Origin: Octopus bimaculoides
Taxonomy: Eukaryota
Length of the DNA: 64,000 nt
Assembly: GCF_001194135.2 (NCBI RefSeq)
Contig: NC_068983.1
Span: forward strand, 146,322,884-146,386,883
Reading direction: 5' to 3'
Shown piece by piece: positions 24,973 to 39,315 of the stretch. The translations under genes and the position numbers were made by a program. Positions within the stretch are counted from its first letter, which is position 1. Each line of letters begins with the position of its first letter. The notes under the pieces are model-generated. The model was given only the letters and a program-made list of their open reading frames with translations. It was not told the DNA's origin and made no database searches.

Positions 24973-27900
24973 ATTGCACTTAATAAACAAAACAGTCTTC
25001 AGTTACTAGAAATAATCTAATGCAAACTTCAAAACACAAATATATAATTGTAAAACTGTGGAACACCACCATAGAGAAATCAATGTCTGATTGAAATATC
25101 AAAGAACATCAAATTCAAAACATTGAAACTGGTTTGCAAGCAAATTATAAATAAAATGTTACTATAACCAGTGCAATCAACTCATCACTTTAATCAACAG
25201 CTTTTCTCATGCTCTTGATAATTAAATCTATGTAGAAATATAAAAAATTGATTGCACATAAAGAAACTCCAACTAAAGTCTGTGCGCAATAAATTTAAAT
25301 ACAACCATCTATATTTATTTACACAGAAAGAAAAACAGCAAACAAATGTAGCTTGTGACAGAAACCAACCCAATAGCATTGAAACTATAAGCCTAAATTT
25401 CATCAATCCTATATAAAACAAAGTATAAAATAACAGTTGGAAGGAAGGAAAGTACTATACTGGAACTCACATGATGAATTTTGTTTATTACATTTTATGG
25501 ATGCAACACTCGTGATTCTGAGGATGCCAAGTTTAGATTTGAAGATGATAAAATTTTGATCAAAACCACATAGTCTAATGAATGTAAAATTTGGGAAGGT
25601 AGCTCATATTTCTTTAACCAAGCAATCTAAAATTACAAAAAAAAAAAACAAAAAACAAACATTGAAATCTACAGAAGAACTGCAAAAGTTTTTAGGTCAT
25701 TTTTTTATGATTTAAAATGTTCTATTTCCAACAAAAGTAATTTTATTAAATAAAATATAGTTTATTTGAACTGAAGAAAATATAAATTTGTACTGTGTTG
25801 CACATGAAATACATAGTTTATCTTTATAGAAAACTAATGAAAATCTGCATCATATAAAATTCTAATGCTTAGGGCAAATGTTTCAGACACTGTAACACAA
25901 TAACAACATTCCAGTTCCTGAATGTTTCAAGATATTTGAAAATCTTCAAATATTGTAAAAGAATACAGATATTGATCCAATAATCATATTCCACTTCTGT
26001 AAATTCTAAAATATGTAAAACTCAGGGAGCCTGGTATTGTCATAAAGTAACAACTGTCATGTTTGACCACCAATGATTTTGATGCTCTACTATATTTTAT
26101 GTATTTTTAAAATGCTGACAGTATGAAAGAATAGCAACTGTTTCTTCTGGTCAGAGAGAGGATATTTAACAGTTTTGTTTTGGTAGATCATCATACAAAC
26201 ACCAAATCTTCTAAAGTTCAAGTTGTGTGAGCATGAATGAAGATACTGTCTTTTGTTTCATTTCAAAATTTAATCCTATTTAGTCCTGATTATGAATTAT
26301 TAATGCATGCAAAGTCATTCTTGTTTGTACTCTTCAATCAAGCTATGTATTCATGCAACTTTCTTCCAATTTTTGTCTTCATTTTCCTGACTGCAGACAG
26401 CTAACAAAAAAATGCTTTCCAATCTTTTGTACAAAATTGCACAAAGGTACATAATGTCTCATTTGAACTTATACAAATGAGGTTTTCATAAATAGGATGT
26501 CTAATAAAACACATATTTTAACTCAATACACCAATGTAAAAAGTGTCCTCTTGATCTATCATGTCAAAGAAAACAACCAAATCTGCCTCAGAGCACACCC
26601 TACCATGTAATCCTAGGTATACTATGCCTAAAAATAAAACAAAATGAATGCTAGAACTTTTGATTATAAGTCTTCATGACCATAACTAGCCTAGAACTAA
26701 ACAATAACAGTGTCAACTAAACAATTCTGAATGGCCCATTGCCAAAGAACTTTATCCAGCTTTAATCATAATGTACCTTACTTTGCTACTGAGTAACATT
26801 CTACCATTTGATATAAAATAAGCTAAAACAGTAAAGAGTAAACTTCTAAATGATAAAATTTATTAAAACAATAGTAAATAACTCAATATATTGGAAAACA
26901 AGTTATAACTGAGAAGAAAAATTCTGAATTCCTAACTTCTCCCAACCCAATTTTTTAAAATACTTTGACTTTCAAGTTTAGTAGAAATTTGTATTGCCAA
27001 AATTTAACAAGAACCTCTGTGTAGTCACTTGACCAGTTACAAATAGTCAATCTTTTTCAGACTAACACTAACTTGAAAAGCGAAAAATATATTGAAAAAT
27101 CTAATTCTAAAACAGTATGTCAGAACAGAAGACAGGGTAATTATGGTTGTCAACATGCAGATGGGAAAAAAAAAGTATGACAATGCAAAACAGACAGTTT
27201 GAATGTTGAAAAGTAGCATCTAAGTGCAAGATATATACACATACAATACAATGTGCAAAACACCAAAATCTCATCTAAATCTGCTCTGAATTCTAACACA
27301 CAAAGTACTACTGTTTTGATATTAAAATCTCCAGCTCTAACACCGATCCGGTTCTAACTACAGTAACTCCTTTCCAGACATTTCCTAATCTACATATAGC
27401 CACCAGAAACTCCACCCAGTTTTACCAAACAAAACCCATCTCTATTCCTCATCATTTCTAATATAACTCACTTTCAAACCCTGCATTAACCATTTTTCAC
27501 AATCCTTGTTTCCCAGAGCACTAACCCTCTGATATCCCTCTCAGTTGCCCATGTCAACTGACATGTTCAAGCTGAACATCAACAGTATCAAACTGTAATA
27601 AGGAGGCAGAACTGCAAAAGTTATGGGCACTCCATTTATGATTAAACCTTAAACCATCCCCTAAATTTCTTATAATCGTCTTCCTATCATAGTCATCACA
27701 AGGACCAAAAGAGATAACTGCTTCCATCAAGAGACAAAATTACGGTTCACAGAATAACATCACCATATATGTACATACATTCAACAAAATAATTGCAGAA
27801 GCTTGTGAATTTATACCATAGACTAAAACGACTACACTTAACCACATAAACCTCACACAAGGTCGGGGAAATGACAGCTTTGACAACATAACTCCTCAAA

Positions 27901-29066
27901 CATTCCATCTAACATCAAAATCAGCAAATTTAAAACTATTTTCCACCACTCACTCATAAACCATAAGAGTTCGCTTGATCTATAAGAAAAAATAACTAAA
28001 TTTCCCTCAAATCACAATCTACCATGTTATGGGGGAAAATGCAGTATATGGCTAGAAAATAAACAGGATGGTCACATCTAGAAAACCTTTGATCATAGAT
28101 CTATTCTTTCAGAACAAACTGGGCAAAACAACAAAAATGCTGGCTAGCAAACTATCTAAAAGTTCACTAAGCATATGTAAAGTACAATAAATACATACCT
28201 ACCATATGTAATTTCCCCAAACTACCACAAGGATCAAACCTATCACACATCATTTTTAACCTGTACCTATATATCATTACTATGCCTCTGGTAAAACATA
28301 CACATAGCCTTATATGCAAACAAGATCGATCCACCATTGTTCAGATATCGTTACACAAGAACTTCACATAAACCATCAAGACATTTTCAAACCAAATGTG
28401 CAACCCTCCATGTGGTCTCTGAACCTGCTAGAATGAGATGCCAAATTCCTTTAGATCACACTCTACTCCTACCATCTTGAAAAAGGAAACACATATTGAG
28501 TAATAAATTTCAAGATAATATCCCTTAAAAGATGAGATGCTCATGGTTACATTTTTGCTCATAGGTTTTCTTGCTCAAAGCTGACCTAAAACACAAAAAA
28601 AAAAAAACAAACAAAATTAAAAACCTGAATCTGAAAGTAGCAGTAACTGAATCCACAGTTTTCTAACCAACACCACCAGAGAAAATCAAAGACAACCAGC
28701 CTTCACATTCCCCAATATATACACTTCAATATTCATAATTCAAACATTTCTAGACTCATTTGACCATAACAAAAATAACAACACAAGTATATAATAAATT
28801 AGCTCCATCAAAAATAACAGGGCTGGATACCTTTCTATAATAAGCCTCTTCATGGTTACTCAATCTGCTAGAAATAGCAACCTTATCTCCATCAAACAAC
28901 ACCCTACCATTTTAAGAAAGGGTACGCTGGATAATATGGTCCTTAGTTCCTTGTACATTATACAAAAACAGATTGGTTACAGTTGGAATATCTTTACAGG
29001 CCTACTTGATAAGGGCTAACTTGAAGCTAAACAACAACAAGCACCACCTCTCTACAACAAACTATG

Positions 29067-29613
29067 TGGCTGATGCCAGTACCACCAGACTGGCACCTGT
29101 GCTGGTGGCACATAAAAAGCACCATTCGAGCGTGGTCGATGCCAGTCCCACCAAACTGGCTCCAGTGCTGGTGGAATGTAAAATGCACCATACGAACATG
29201 GTCAATGCCAGTGTTGCCTGACTGGTCCCGTGCCAGTGGCACATAAAAAGCACCATTCAAGCATGTTTGTTGCCAGTGATACCAGACTAGCTCCCATGCC
29301 GGTGGCATGTAAAAACCACCATTCAAGCATGGTTGTTGACAGTGCCACCTAACTGGCTCCTGTGCTGGTGGCACGTAAAAAGCACCATTTGAGCATGGTC
29401 GATGCCAGTACCACCTGACTGACCCTCATGCCAGTGACACGTGAAAAGCACTCACTACACTCTCAGAGTGGCTGGCATTAGGAAGGGCATCCAGCTGTAG
29501 AAACCTTGCCAGATCAGATTGGAGCTTGGTGCAGCCTTCTAGCTTGCCAGTCCTCAGTCAAACTGTCCAACTTATTTCAGCATGGAAAGCAGACGTTAAA
29601 CAATGATGATGAT
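29067..29613 (+). mobile_element. RTE LINE 3' UTR: about six 66-bp tandem units plus terminal tail
   Basis: Units such as TGGTCGATGCCAGT-N8-ACTGGCTCC.GTGC.GGTGGCA.GTAAAAAGCACCATTC.AGCA at 29067-29451, then GGAAGGGCATCCAGCTGTAGAAAC...CATGGAAAGCAGACGTTAAACAATGATGATGA. Confidence 0.85.
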
Positions 29614-30164
29614 GAGTGCACTTTGAATGTCACATATTGCCAGAAATGTAAGAGAGTTTGCACCAAGTTTTTGCTCAAACATACATTGTCACAATAGGTC
29701 CAACACCACCAAACATGTCTACAACATCCCCAAAACACTCTTTTGCACCTTCCATCCAGTCCAGGCAAACATATATACACACTTGATCAGCAGCAACATC
29801 AATAGCTTCACTAGCCCAAAACACTGTGCTAGGATTATACTTCTATAAATACAAATATCACACTGTAATCAATTCTACCAATCTATTTCAGTGTAGCCAA
29901 TATCAGAACCTACACAGATAGACTGGTCAGTGGAGGAAACACACCATGATCAGACAACATAATGATAATCCTACATAACACGACTACATAACAGCATAGT
30001 ATGGTCCTCAACCAAATGGAGTATGTCATATCAGGATTGTTGGATTATATCTTGTCATTCAAATGAGTATCTAAGACAATTTGATCAAGCCTGTCAGGGA
30101 CAACATTACAACAGGTATACAGGAAAAGCAGAATAGCGGAGGAGGTACCACATACTACTCCATG

Positions 30165-30492
30165 TAATTAAGGTAAGGGCTCCCTTCAGTCATGAATGAC
30201 CATGGGATTACACCTAGAAAGTTACCCTCTGAGGCACAAGTTTAAACAGGTTCTTTGTGGAAGACCAGCAGTCGCCCATGCATACCAGTCTTCCCTCTCC
30301 ACGCCAACAATGTTGTCCAAGGGAAAAGCAAAGGCCAAGACAGCTTGGCTCTAGTGAAGTCACAAATCACTTCTATGGCTAAGTGAACTGGAGAAATGTG
30401 AAATAAAGTGCCTTGCTCAAGAACACAACAAAGCCTGGTCAGGAAATGGAACTCACTACCTCATGCTCTAACCACTAAGCAATGTGCCTTCA
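30165..30492 (-). mobile_element. tRNA-derived SINE, decayed
   Basis: Minus-strand head TGAAGGCACATTGCTTAGTGGTTAGAGC...; body GTGCCTTGCTCAAGAACACAAC. Confidence 0.65.
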
Positions 30493-31339
30493 TGCAATTA
30501 ACCACTGTATATCAGTGTGTATCATGTGGTCCTCAACCAAGTAGAAACGTTACGTTTGGAGCACTGGTCTGTGGATTAAATGGTCATTCAGGCTATTATC
30601 CACATGCTATATGGTTGAACTCAAATTGAAAGAGACAAAATAATATTTTAACAACAATACTTTTGGTATTTTACTAATGTTATCTGAAGACTTTTATATT
30701 ACTGAGAGAGGCCAGCTTCTTTCATTCTATTTATACAGATGTCACTACATTGTTGACAAAATTAGAAAAGAGATAACAATTACTAATTGCTATCATCTAG
30801 TATTTTCAATTTAATACCAACTTGACTAAAATTTACCAGTGATAGCTTGAAGGAATGAGATTAAATTTTAGATGGCCTCAGATGTTTAATTAATGTCCAA
30901 GAAGGTTAGCTGATATTTTGCTAATAAAAAGAATTGGAACAGTTTCTTATGTCACAGCTGGCAGATATTAAGTTTAGTGGACAAGTAGTATTATAAATTG
31001 GCTGCAGCAGGATGCTTTTAAAATGCTATTAAATTCATAAATCATGCTAAAAATGATAGAAAATGATTTTTTTTTAGACTATAATAAAATTGTTATAAGG
31101 CAAAAGAAATGCATTGAATTTATGGTTCATTACTTAAGAAGTGAATATATAAAGGGTCAGAGAAAAATAATAGCTAATAAACATTCAACAAAAAAACAAA
31201 AAAAACAATCCTAGCTAGTAAAAATGCAATAAATATATTTTGAAGGGAAAAAAACTTTGATAGATATAAGGTGTGCAATTATTATTATAAATGAATTCAC
31301 ATAAAAGATATAAACAAGGACACTCCCACAAAAACTAAA

Positions 31340-32270
31340 ACAAGTTTTGCAAAGCTGAAATCAAATATACTGACTTCTACAAGTTCACAAGGAATCCTGA
31401 CATCAACACATTTACCTACAAACTTTCAATAAAATTACATATGCACCTAAGAACTTTGTTCAAGAGATATTACTAAACAAAGAAAAACAAACGAATCCAC
31501 ACTAATTAAAATGAAAAACAGTAGTAAAAGAAACATTTGACAACAAGCTAACACCAAATACATAAAACAAGAATGTAGAAAATGTGTAGCAACAAGAACT
31601 CCATCAATCATACCCATCAAATACCTACACAAATAGTAAGTAGACATTTTTGTACATTTTTATAAAATTAGCTACCACAGAGAAAATAATATCTCAATGT
31701 TACATATGTAACTTGTACCTATTAGATCATGACCTAACACAGTTTCTTTACAGATACAAAGAATAAAAACTAAAACCACATACTACCAAACCAGAAATCA
31801 TATCACACACACATATCAAGGTATACACACACATTTAACTAGACCAGTGGAAACAGATAAAAATGGAAACTAGTTAAGATCATAAGATATACAAATGCTT
31901 AGTGAAAAGAAAATGCCACATGTGCAGCATACTACAAACTCATTACACATACCTCTGCACTCTTTCAAACAAATTACAAAGATATATTCATAATCCTCAT
32001 ATGACCCTTTTTTCCTCAACACTACGACACTTTTTTCAATGTACATTACAAATATTTAACAAACATTACATAATATCCTAACAATAACAGATATATTTGA
32101 TTTTGATAATTTCTCAATCATTTCATCATCTGATCCCTTCATGAACCTGTGCTCACCTTCAGTGTATGTGTCATTAAAAGAGTGAAAATCATATCTCCAT
32201 CAAGGACACCCAGTCACTGAAGGAGGTCATTTTTATGCTGAGAACTGAACTCATTTCTGCAAGTCAATGA
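31340..32270 (+). mobile_element. Possible highly decayed Penelope-like fragment
   Basis: Weak resemblance to the Penelope RT C-terminus/GIY-YIG region, with a CACTGAAGGAGGTC core-like remnant at about 32217. There is no intact motif. Confidence 0.25.
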
Positions 32271-32739
32271 ATAACTTATCAATTCTAGTACTGCAAATGC
32301 TTACTGTAGTGAATTACACACCCTGTAGTTGTAACATATAGATTAGGTAAATTTGATCATTCAATGTTTTTTTATTGGTTTAGTCTGGAGGAAAGGGCCT
32401 TCACAAACCCTATGAGATTGGAGAGACTGATGTGATTAATATCCTGATAGAACATTTGCATGTTGATGGCCAGAAGAGATGAATTAAGGGGACAGTCAAC
32501 TTGTTGGATGGTTATCCAGTACTGTCAACTGTGCTCCTGTTGAGATTTAAATTTTTTTAAATATTCCATGTATCTTAATTTAACAATGATGGACATACAA
32601 GGACACACAAACAATATATCCCTTCATAAAACCTTCTCAGTACATGGCATCCAAAACATAACCAAATTTGCAGAATCCTGTTTCTACATGCAGTACACCT
32701 GCAGAGAAAGCCTCCACACTTGTTGTCCAATTTGCATCC

Positions 32740-33330
32740 AAATCCAAACTGCTTTCATTAAGTAAATTTCTCAGAAAACTATTCCCTACAATTCAACTAT
32801 GCTCAGCACCATACACATATACACACCAAATGCAAAAGTAACTGTGGTCACTTCAAATCAACTAAGCCATGAGCCCTGACAATGAGCTTTCCATCATCCT
32901 CAAACAATGCACATACTCACTAGACTCATCAATCTTTCCCTCTCTATCTACAGGGATATATCTCAGTCTTTGGAAACACTACATTGTGCCCTTTCAAAAG
33001 AATAGCAACCCTCTGACCCAGCCAACTATTGTTCTATCATACACATTTCCACTATCTCAATGGTAACAGAGAGAGCCAAGAACATTCTCTAACATCCTCA
33101 GTATATCTCATTGTTTAATAATCATCTTCACACTTTTTGAGGAAGTAGATCTAGCTGAGAGACCTACTCTTTTATGTCACTAATGGATTCTAGAGAAATT
33201 TGTAAAAACAATGTTGCTACCTTCAACACCTCTTGCTACACATCACACTGAATGATGGGAAAATCTTGAAATACAAAATTATCAAATATTCAGCATCTTT
33301 CATATACATCAATGCTCTTCATAAATGAAG
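32740..33330 (+). mobile_element. CR1/L2-group LINE RT fragment
   Basis: KSTK.MSPDNELSIILKQCTYSLDSSIFPSLSTGIYLSLWKHYIVPFQKNSNP matches the CR1-type KA.GPD.IP..ILK.CA..L...G.FP..WK.A.V.PI.KKG pattern. Confidence 0.7.
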
Positions 33331-33904
33331 CAAAAGCCATAACTAAAACAAATGTTTTAAATGTTAAATAATTTGATTAGAAGAGGTATGTCCCTAACCT
33401 CTTCAGGTTCCCCCAGACTAGTGAGATTGATGAAGCTTCAACATTACAAGAAAACCATGGGAGAGGAGGGAATCAGAGACCTAGATCAAATGTGAACTCT
33501 TGAAAATATACTCAAAACCAAGAGATGTTAAACTGGTAATGAGGGCAGAACCAAACTAAAAAAAAAATCTTTTTTTTGAAGGCTAGTCTCTGAGGAGTAC
33601 ATTAATTGTATCAAGGACTATGCCAACCCTGCTGAATATTTCAATCTCTTCAAAATATTTCATCCAATAAGGAAGTTCTGTGTGGTCACTCTCAATCTGC
33701 TAAAAATAGCACCCAAATCCTCCCTCACACTATATGCTGCTGGCTTACAATTAAAAAAAAATGGACACATTGAGCAAGGCTGGGATACATTATGCAGGAC
33801 TTCTTTTATTGACAGGTATGCTCAATCAGATAATGTCAGATTAGCAGGAACATATTGAAAAGAGGACTCACATAAATTAATAATATAGCATTATGATTAA
33901 AAAA

Positions 33905-34200
33905 AAGTTTACTTCCAAACCACATGGGTTCAGGTTCAATCCCATTGTGTGGCACCTTGGGCAAATATCTATTACTATAGCCCTGAGTTGACCAAACCTT
34001 GTGAGTGGATTTGATAGACAGGAACTGAAAGAAGTCTAGTGTGTGTATGTGTGCACACATGTATGTATGCACATTCTCGTGTTGTGTGATAGTTGTAAAC
34101 AAGTGTTACCATCATCAATTCCAATCTTCCATGAAAACATGTTTGGTTGTAGGAAATATTACCTTGATTGGAAACTGTGAACATTCAAATGATGATGTAT
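33905..34200 (+). mobile_element. tRNA-derived SINE
   Basis: AACCACATGGGTTCAGGTTCAATCCC (B-box-like) followed by GCACCTTGGGCAA...ACTATAGCC. Confidence 0.75.
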
Positions 34201-34651
34201 GTGTATCATTCACCAATGTATAAATGGTGAAAAATGTAAACATTAGTAAGAAAATGGAGCTTTTCCAGTTAAGTCTTTCATGATAGTTTTTCTGTACTGA
34301 GTTAAAGACACTTCCTTATTCTTTGAGTCAGAAATGCAGTGACTAAGTAATTAGCCAGTTGAAAACCTGTAACCAAAGACACTATTATTTATTAATTGTG
34401 GTAGAAAAAAAATTTGCTTCCACTCTGAAAAAAAAAAACTTCAACTGCTGAGGGTGATATTTATGCTTCTAGTTTAACCCTATTAAAACTGCAACGAACT
34501 GAAACCATATTCATTAGAAATTCACAAGGATACTTGTCTTACAGAAAACTTAGGACCAGATTACATATGCAGAGCAAACTACTTTGAATTTAAATTTCTA
34601 CACTACACCAAATATAGTACCAACAACCTTTAATAAAATAAGAATCTAATC

Positions 34652-35006
34652 AGGTGCAGATATGGCTGTGTGGTAAGAAGCTTGCTTTCCAACCACATGG
34701 TTCCAGGTTCAGTCCCATTGCGTGGTACCTTGGGCAAGTGTCTTCTACTATAGTCTTTGACTGACTAAAGCCTTGTGAATGGATTTGGTTGACGGAAACT
34801 GTGTGTGTGTGTGTATGTTTGTGTCCCCCACCATCGCTTGAAAACCAATGTTGGTGTTTACATTCCTGTAAATTAGCAGTTCAACAAAAGAAACCGATAG
34901 AATAAGTACTAAATTTACAAAGAATAAGTCCTGGAGTCGATTCATTCAACTGAAGGTGGTGCTCCAGCATGGCCAAGTCAAATGACAAACAAGTAAAAGA
35001 ATAAAA
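34652..35006 (+). mobile_element. tRNA-derived SINE, near full-length
   Basis: A-box-like TGGCTGTGTGGTAAG, B-box-like GGTTCAGTCCC, 3' GGTGGTGCTCCAGCATGGCC and an A-rich tail. Confidence 0.85.
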
Positions 35007-35261
35007 CCCACGGACCAAATACCATATTTTCCATGTATAAGCCAAAATTTTCAGACCAAAATTTACATGAAAAAAATGGTAGGTTGACTTATACACCAAG
35101 ACAACGCTGGAGTGCCAAAAATTCCATGTGAAATGCAGTAGGATTTGGAAAAATGGTGGTGATGCTTAAATGTTGACACTGTATATTATTTTGACTTGTA
35201 TGCTGGAAACACAGCACTTGCTTCTTGTATACCCAACTCAAAAATTGACTGAACTGGAAAG

Positions 35262-35490
35262 CATCATCATTATTTTACATCCGTTTTCTATGCAGGCATA
35301 GACTGGATGAGTTGTCATGGTAGGATCGCTTATTATTCAGAGTTACTGCCCTCAAAGAAGCAGGTCACACACAATTTCTGTAGCAGGATGTCCTTTTTAA
35401 TGCCAACCATTTTACTGAGTGTACTGGGTCTGTTTTACCATGGTACCAATGGAACCAGTGAGAAGTTGTCATGTTCTAAACATGACTAAA
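35262..35490 (-). mobile_element. RTE LINE 3' tail
   Basis: CATCATCAT followed by the reverse-complemented shared RTE tail. Confidence 0.7.
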
Positions 35491-38400
35491 AGGTCCTCCT
35501 GACCCAATGTTTCCACTCATCTGTCAACCATTTTGTGGAAGAATGAGCAGAAACATAGGATCAAAAGAATCCCCTAGTTTCCAGTGGCATATAGAACATT
35601 ATCAGACTTATGTACAGCAGTCCATGTAACCAAACACTACATAAACAAGTAATATCATATCAAAATAACTGAAGCAAATGTATTCTTCGCAAATATGTAG
35701 GTCACTTTAAATCCTTTTAATTGTTACCTCCATGCTAGAGTGTGGTCAAGCACAACTAATAGATGCTTCTGACAACTATATCTAAATATTTATATAAATA
35801 TGAGTGTTTGAATTTACAAATGAGAGAAAAAATATTTAATGGGTCTTGAATGTAATTACTATTAGCTGAGGCTTTCTTTCATTTTTGTAACAAAATAAAA
35901 AAAAAACAAAAAAAACATGAAACTTAGAGGAAAGTTTCATGTTTAAATATACAAGTTGTCAAGGCAGTGCATTGACAAAATTGATTTGGGGTTGGATAAG
36001 TACTTTGTGGTACTTAGTTATGACTTTTCTAAATTCGAATTTTTCAACTTCATAAATATTTTGTACACGAAATGGGTCTAAATTTGAGGCCTATTGTCTA
36101 TGTTAGAAATCCTTGAATAATTGGTAAGCTGGGTGGGTGGGCAGTGTATGTGACAAAATACCTGCATTGTTCAGTTATACAGTAATCCCTAGCCATATCA
36201 CGATTTATTATTTGATGTCACAATTGCGATGTCCAATGGCAGTAATAGCTAGCAATAAGAAAAGATTCCAATAGTTGAAAAATAAAGAGTTGGCAATGAC
36301 CTACAGAACATGTACTGTAGCAGCAAAGATGACATAAAAAAAATTTGTTAGTGGTATATGAAAATACAGTCAGAAGAGTCATCACCATTTTTCAGTCTAC
36401 TTTTCCATGCTGGCATGGGATGGACAGGTTGTCATGACTAAAGTAAGTTCTTATATTAATCCAATTTTTGATGTGTTTCTTTGGTTGGACGCTTGTCCCA
36501 TCACCAATACTCAAAAGTAGTATTGAAAACAAAACTCTCATGCAAATAAATAAGCAGGAATTGTATATCTGATGGAACTTTATTAATTAAAACAAGTATG
36601 TATATATTAAATTGACTATTTATATTCTTTTAATTATGGGTCATTTCTTTCTTTTTTCTTTTTTGAAAATGTAATCCTTTGTGCAGCAACCAATAAATAA
36701 ATTGAAGTATATATTGATATATCTTGAGATAAAGTCAAAGAAACTGTTTTAGTTCATCTCGTGTCATACCAACATACTTAGACTCCTTTTACTTCTATTC
36801 AGATTTATATCAATGCAAACTTTAACTTGTCAATGCTAGTGACTATCGTTAACACAGCTAATCCCTTAGTATATTAAAATATATTAAACAATGACAATAG
36901 GCAAGAACTAGCTACTGAATTATTTCATAAATTTTTCCACCTAACCTGATAATATTCAAAATACTGCAATTAGTTTTCTCTTAATGTAAAATGTTTCAAT
37001 TTAAATTTCTTGCATTAAGAGAAAACTAACTGTAATTCATCACACTTTCTGGCTATTAGATTCTTTTAGCAAAATTTACTTTGTTGCAAGTACATATATC
37101 AAACACCAAGATAGAAGACAACCATACTACTATTCTATGCACTCCTATTTGAGAGAGAGAGAGTGCACTAGAAGAAATTTCCATCTTTTAATTTTCTAAC
37201 TGTCCACTTAAAAAACATTTGATATGCTTGCCATTCCTTTTCTTTTATGTCACCTTCCAAATTAAACATATTTCCATTTTAAATAGATTGCAAAAATTTT
37301 CCTTCCCAAAACTGTATTTATCTAGAACCTATTCCCCGTCCATATTTTCCCTTTCAATCATTAATCTGAAAGAATTCAAACTAGAAAAATCAACATCATT
37401 AATCAAATTTTAAAAAAAACGAAATAAATATACTAGTATATGTAGTGCAAACTTTGTCATGATGTAATTAGCACATCATATCCAGTAACCAAGCACAGCG
37501 CATTTGTCAGTGGACCAAACAATCATTGATGTTGGAGATAATTACAACTTAGATTTCTACATTACTGTTTAATCTGCAGCTACACATAACAGCCAAATCT
37601 CCCTTCAATCACACTCAACTATCTTTAAAAATAGAAAGATGTTGCATGATATAGTCCTAGGTACACTAAGAAAATGGAATATCTGATTATAGGCCTGTTT
37701 GATCAGGGCTAACCTGGGGTTAAACAACAAAAACATAAGACATGTTGGAAAACCTGACAGAAAATAAGATGAATGATCTGAAACCTGTTGCACAGCATTT
37801 ATTAGTATAATGGCATGATGGAAAACATGTAAACAGATGAGATCAATAATTCAATCAAGAAAACCTCAGAACAAATATAAATTTTTAACCAATAAGAAAA
37901 TTCCTAGTTCTCAATTGAAATGGTGGTGTTAGAACATGAATTGTTATAACACTTCATTCAATCTTCGTCTGTAGTGGAGCTGTTGTTAATTGGAAGCATG
38001 AATGCAAAATGGCATGTATGCATGCATGTGATGGTTATTAGAAACTCTTGGAATTCATCTTTAACCTAAAACATATTTTGATAAAAACGTGAATTTGAAA
38101 GACAATTTGCATACATTATACACTATCAGAAAAATAAAACAGGAACACACCAAATAAAGCATGTGTAATCCAAGAGGTCTAAAGAACTCGTAGAAGTAGA
38201 TGAAATGCCTTCGAAACTGAACTCAAGACCAATGTGTCGGCTATCCAATAACGAATACTTTTACTTGTTAAATCAATCGGATAATAAACTAAGTTCTAAT
38301 ACAACACAAAACATTAGCAGTGATGATTTCTGTCGAGTATCATTAATTTCTTTAATTGGCTCTTTTACTAACAATATAGACACAGACTGTCCTTTCAACT

Positions 38401-38929
38401 ATACACATTTAATTTGGCGGAAAGTTGCAACCTAAAATTAAAACACCCACGTTTATAACAAACTACTATAGGATGATACGTATTTATTTTAATAATGGGA
38501 AAGATCACAAAAGACTTCTCTAAAAACAAATCTGTTGCCTTTCAAAATATTGTCTCATTCATTCTTTTTTATTGGAAAAAAAAATGTGCCTGTTGGATAA
38601 TTTGATAATTTAGCTGGTCAGGGCAAAATTTGGCGATTAAAGTGGGAAAGCTGTTTTTATGTTGAAAAATCTATTAATCGCATTTCTTTAGCCAAATTTT
38701 CTAAATGTTAATTTTAAGGTTATAAATGTTATGCAATAAACTGTTGTATAAAAGACTACTTTTTGTTATACGGTGGGGTGGAGTCGTTGAACTAGAAAAC
38801 GGGGAACATAAAGATATAGATTATGCTTGAGAAAGAAGGGTAATAAAGAAATGCAAATATTTTCTAACTATACGTCAAAAGAAAATGTGTTCAGCAGTCT
38901 GATGCTTAACATCATTCTACAGCAAGTTT

Positions 38930-38968
<39 letters not shown>

Positions 38969-39199
38969 GTGAGTGGGAGATACAGAATTTAGTTAAAGAC
39001 TTATGGGAACATACTTCGAATTCCAAAATGTTGTTAAGCTAACTTAGTGGGTGGATGAGGTTGCGCCTAAAGCAAAGGTAGCTAGCTGACCTACACGCTT
39101 TTCAACTGAAATTGAAATTAGTCTTTTTGCTCAATCACAGTATCTTCAATATAGTTTTTCTAGTCTGATTAGCATATCTTAGATTAGTGTTTAATAATC

Positions 39200-39315
39200 T
39201 TCCGATGTTGACGTGACGTAAGCACCAACTGTTTCTTCCGAAGACAGCTGTTGTTGCAATGAGATCCCGATCAAAAAAACTAACCGGAAGTATGAGCTGG
39301 CAACCACTTCCGACA
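39200..39315. promoter_or_regulatory. Promoter/enhancer-like motif cluster inside AGFG1 intron 1
   Basis: TGACGTGACGTAA (CRE/ATF-like) at 39209-39221, ACCGGAAGT (ETS) at 39283-39291, and further CTTCCG half-sites at 39235 and 39307, all in non-repeat, CpG-retaining sequence. Confidence 0.4.

Noticed and set aside
29067-29451. CRISPR-like array (palindromic repeats with variable inserts)
   Set aside because: The variable parts are only 8-nt loops and whole units are homologous. The array is part of an RTE LINE 3' UTR, there are no cas genes, and the context is eukaryotic.
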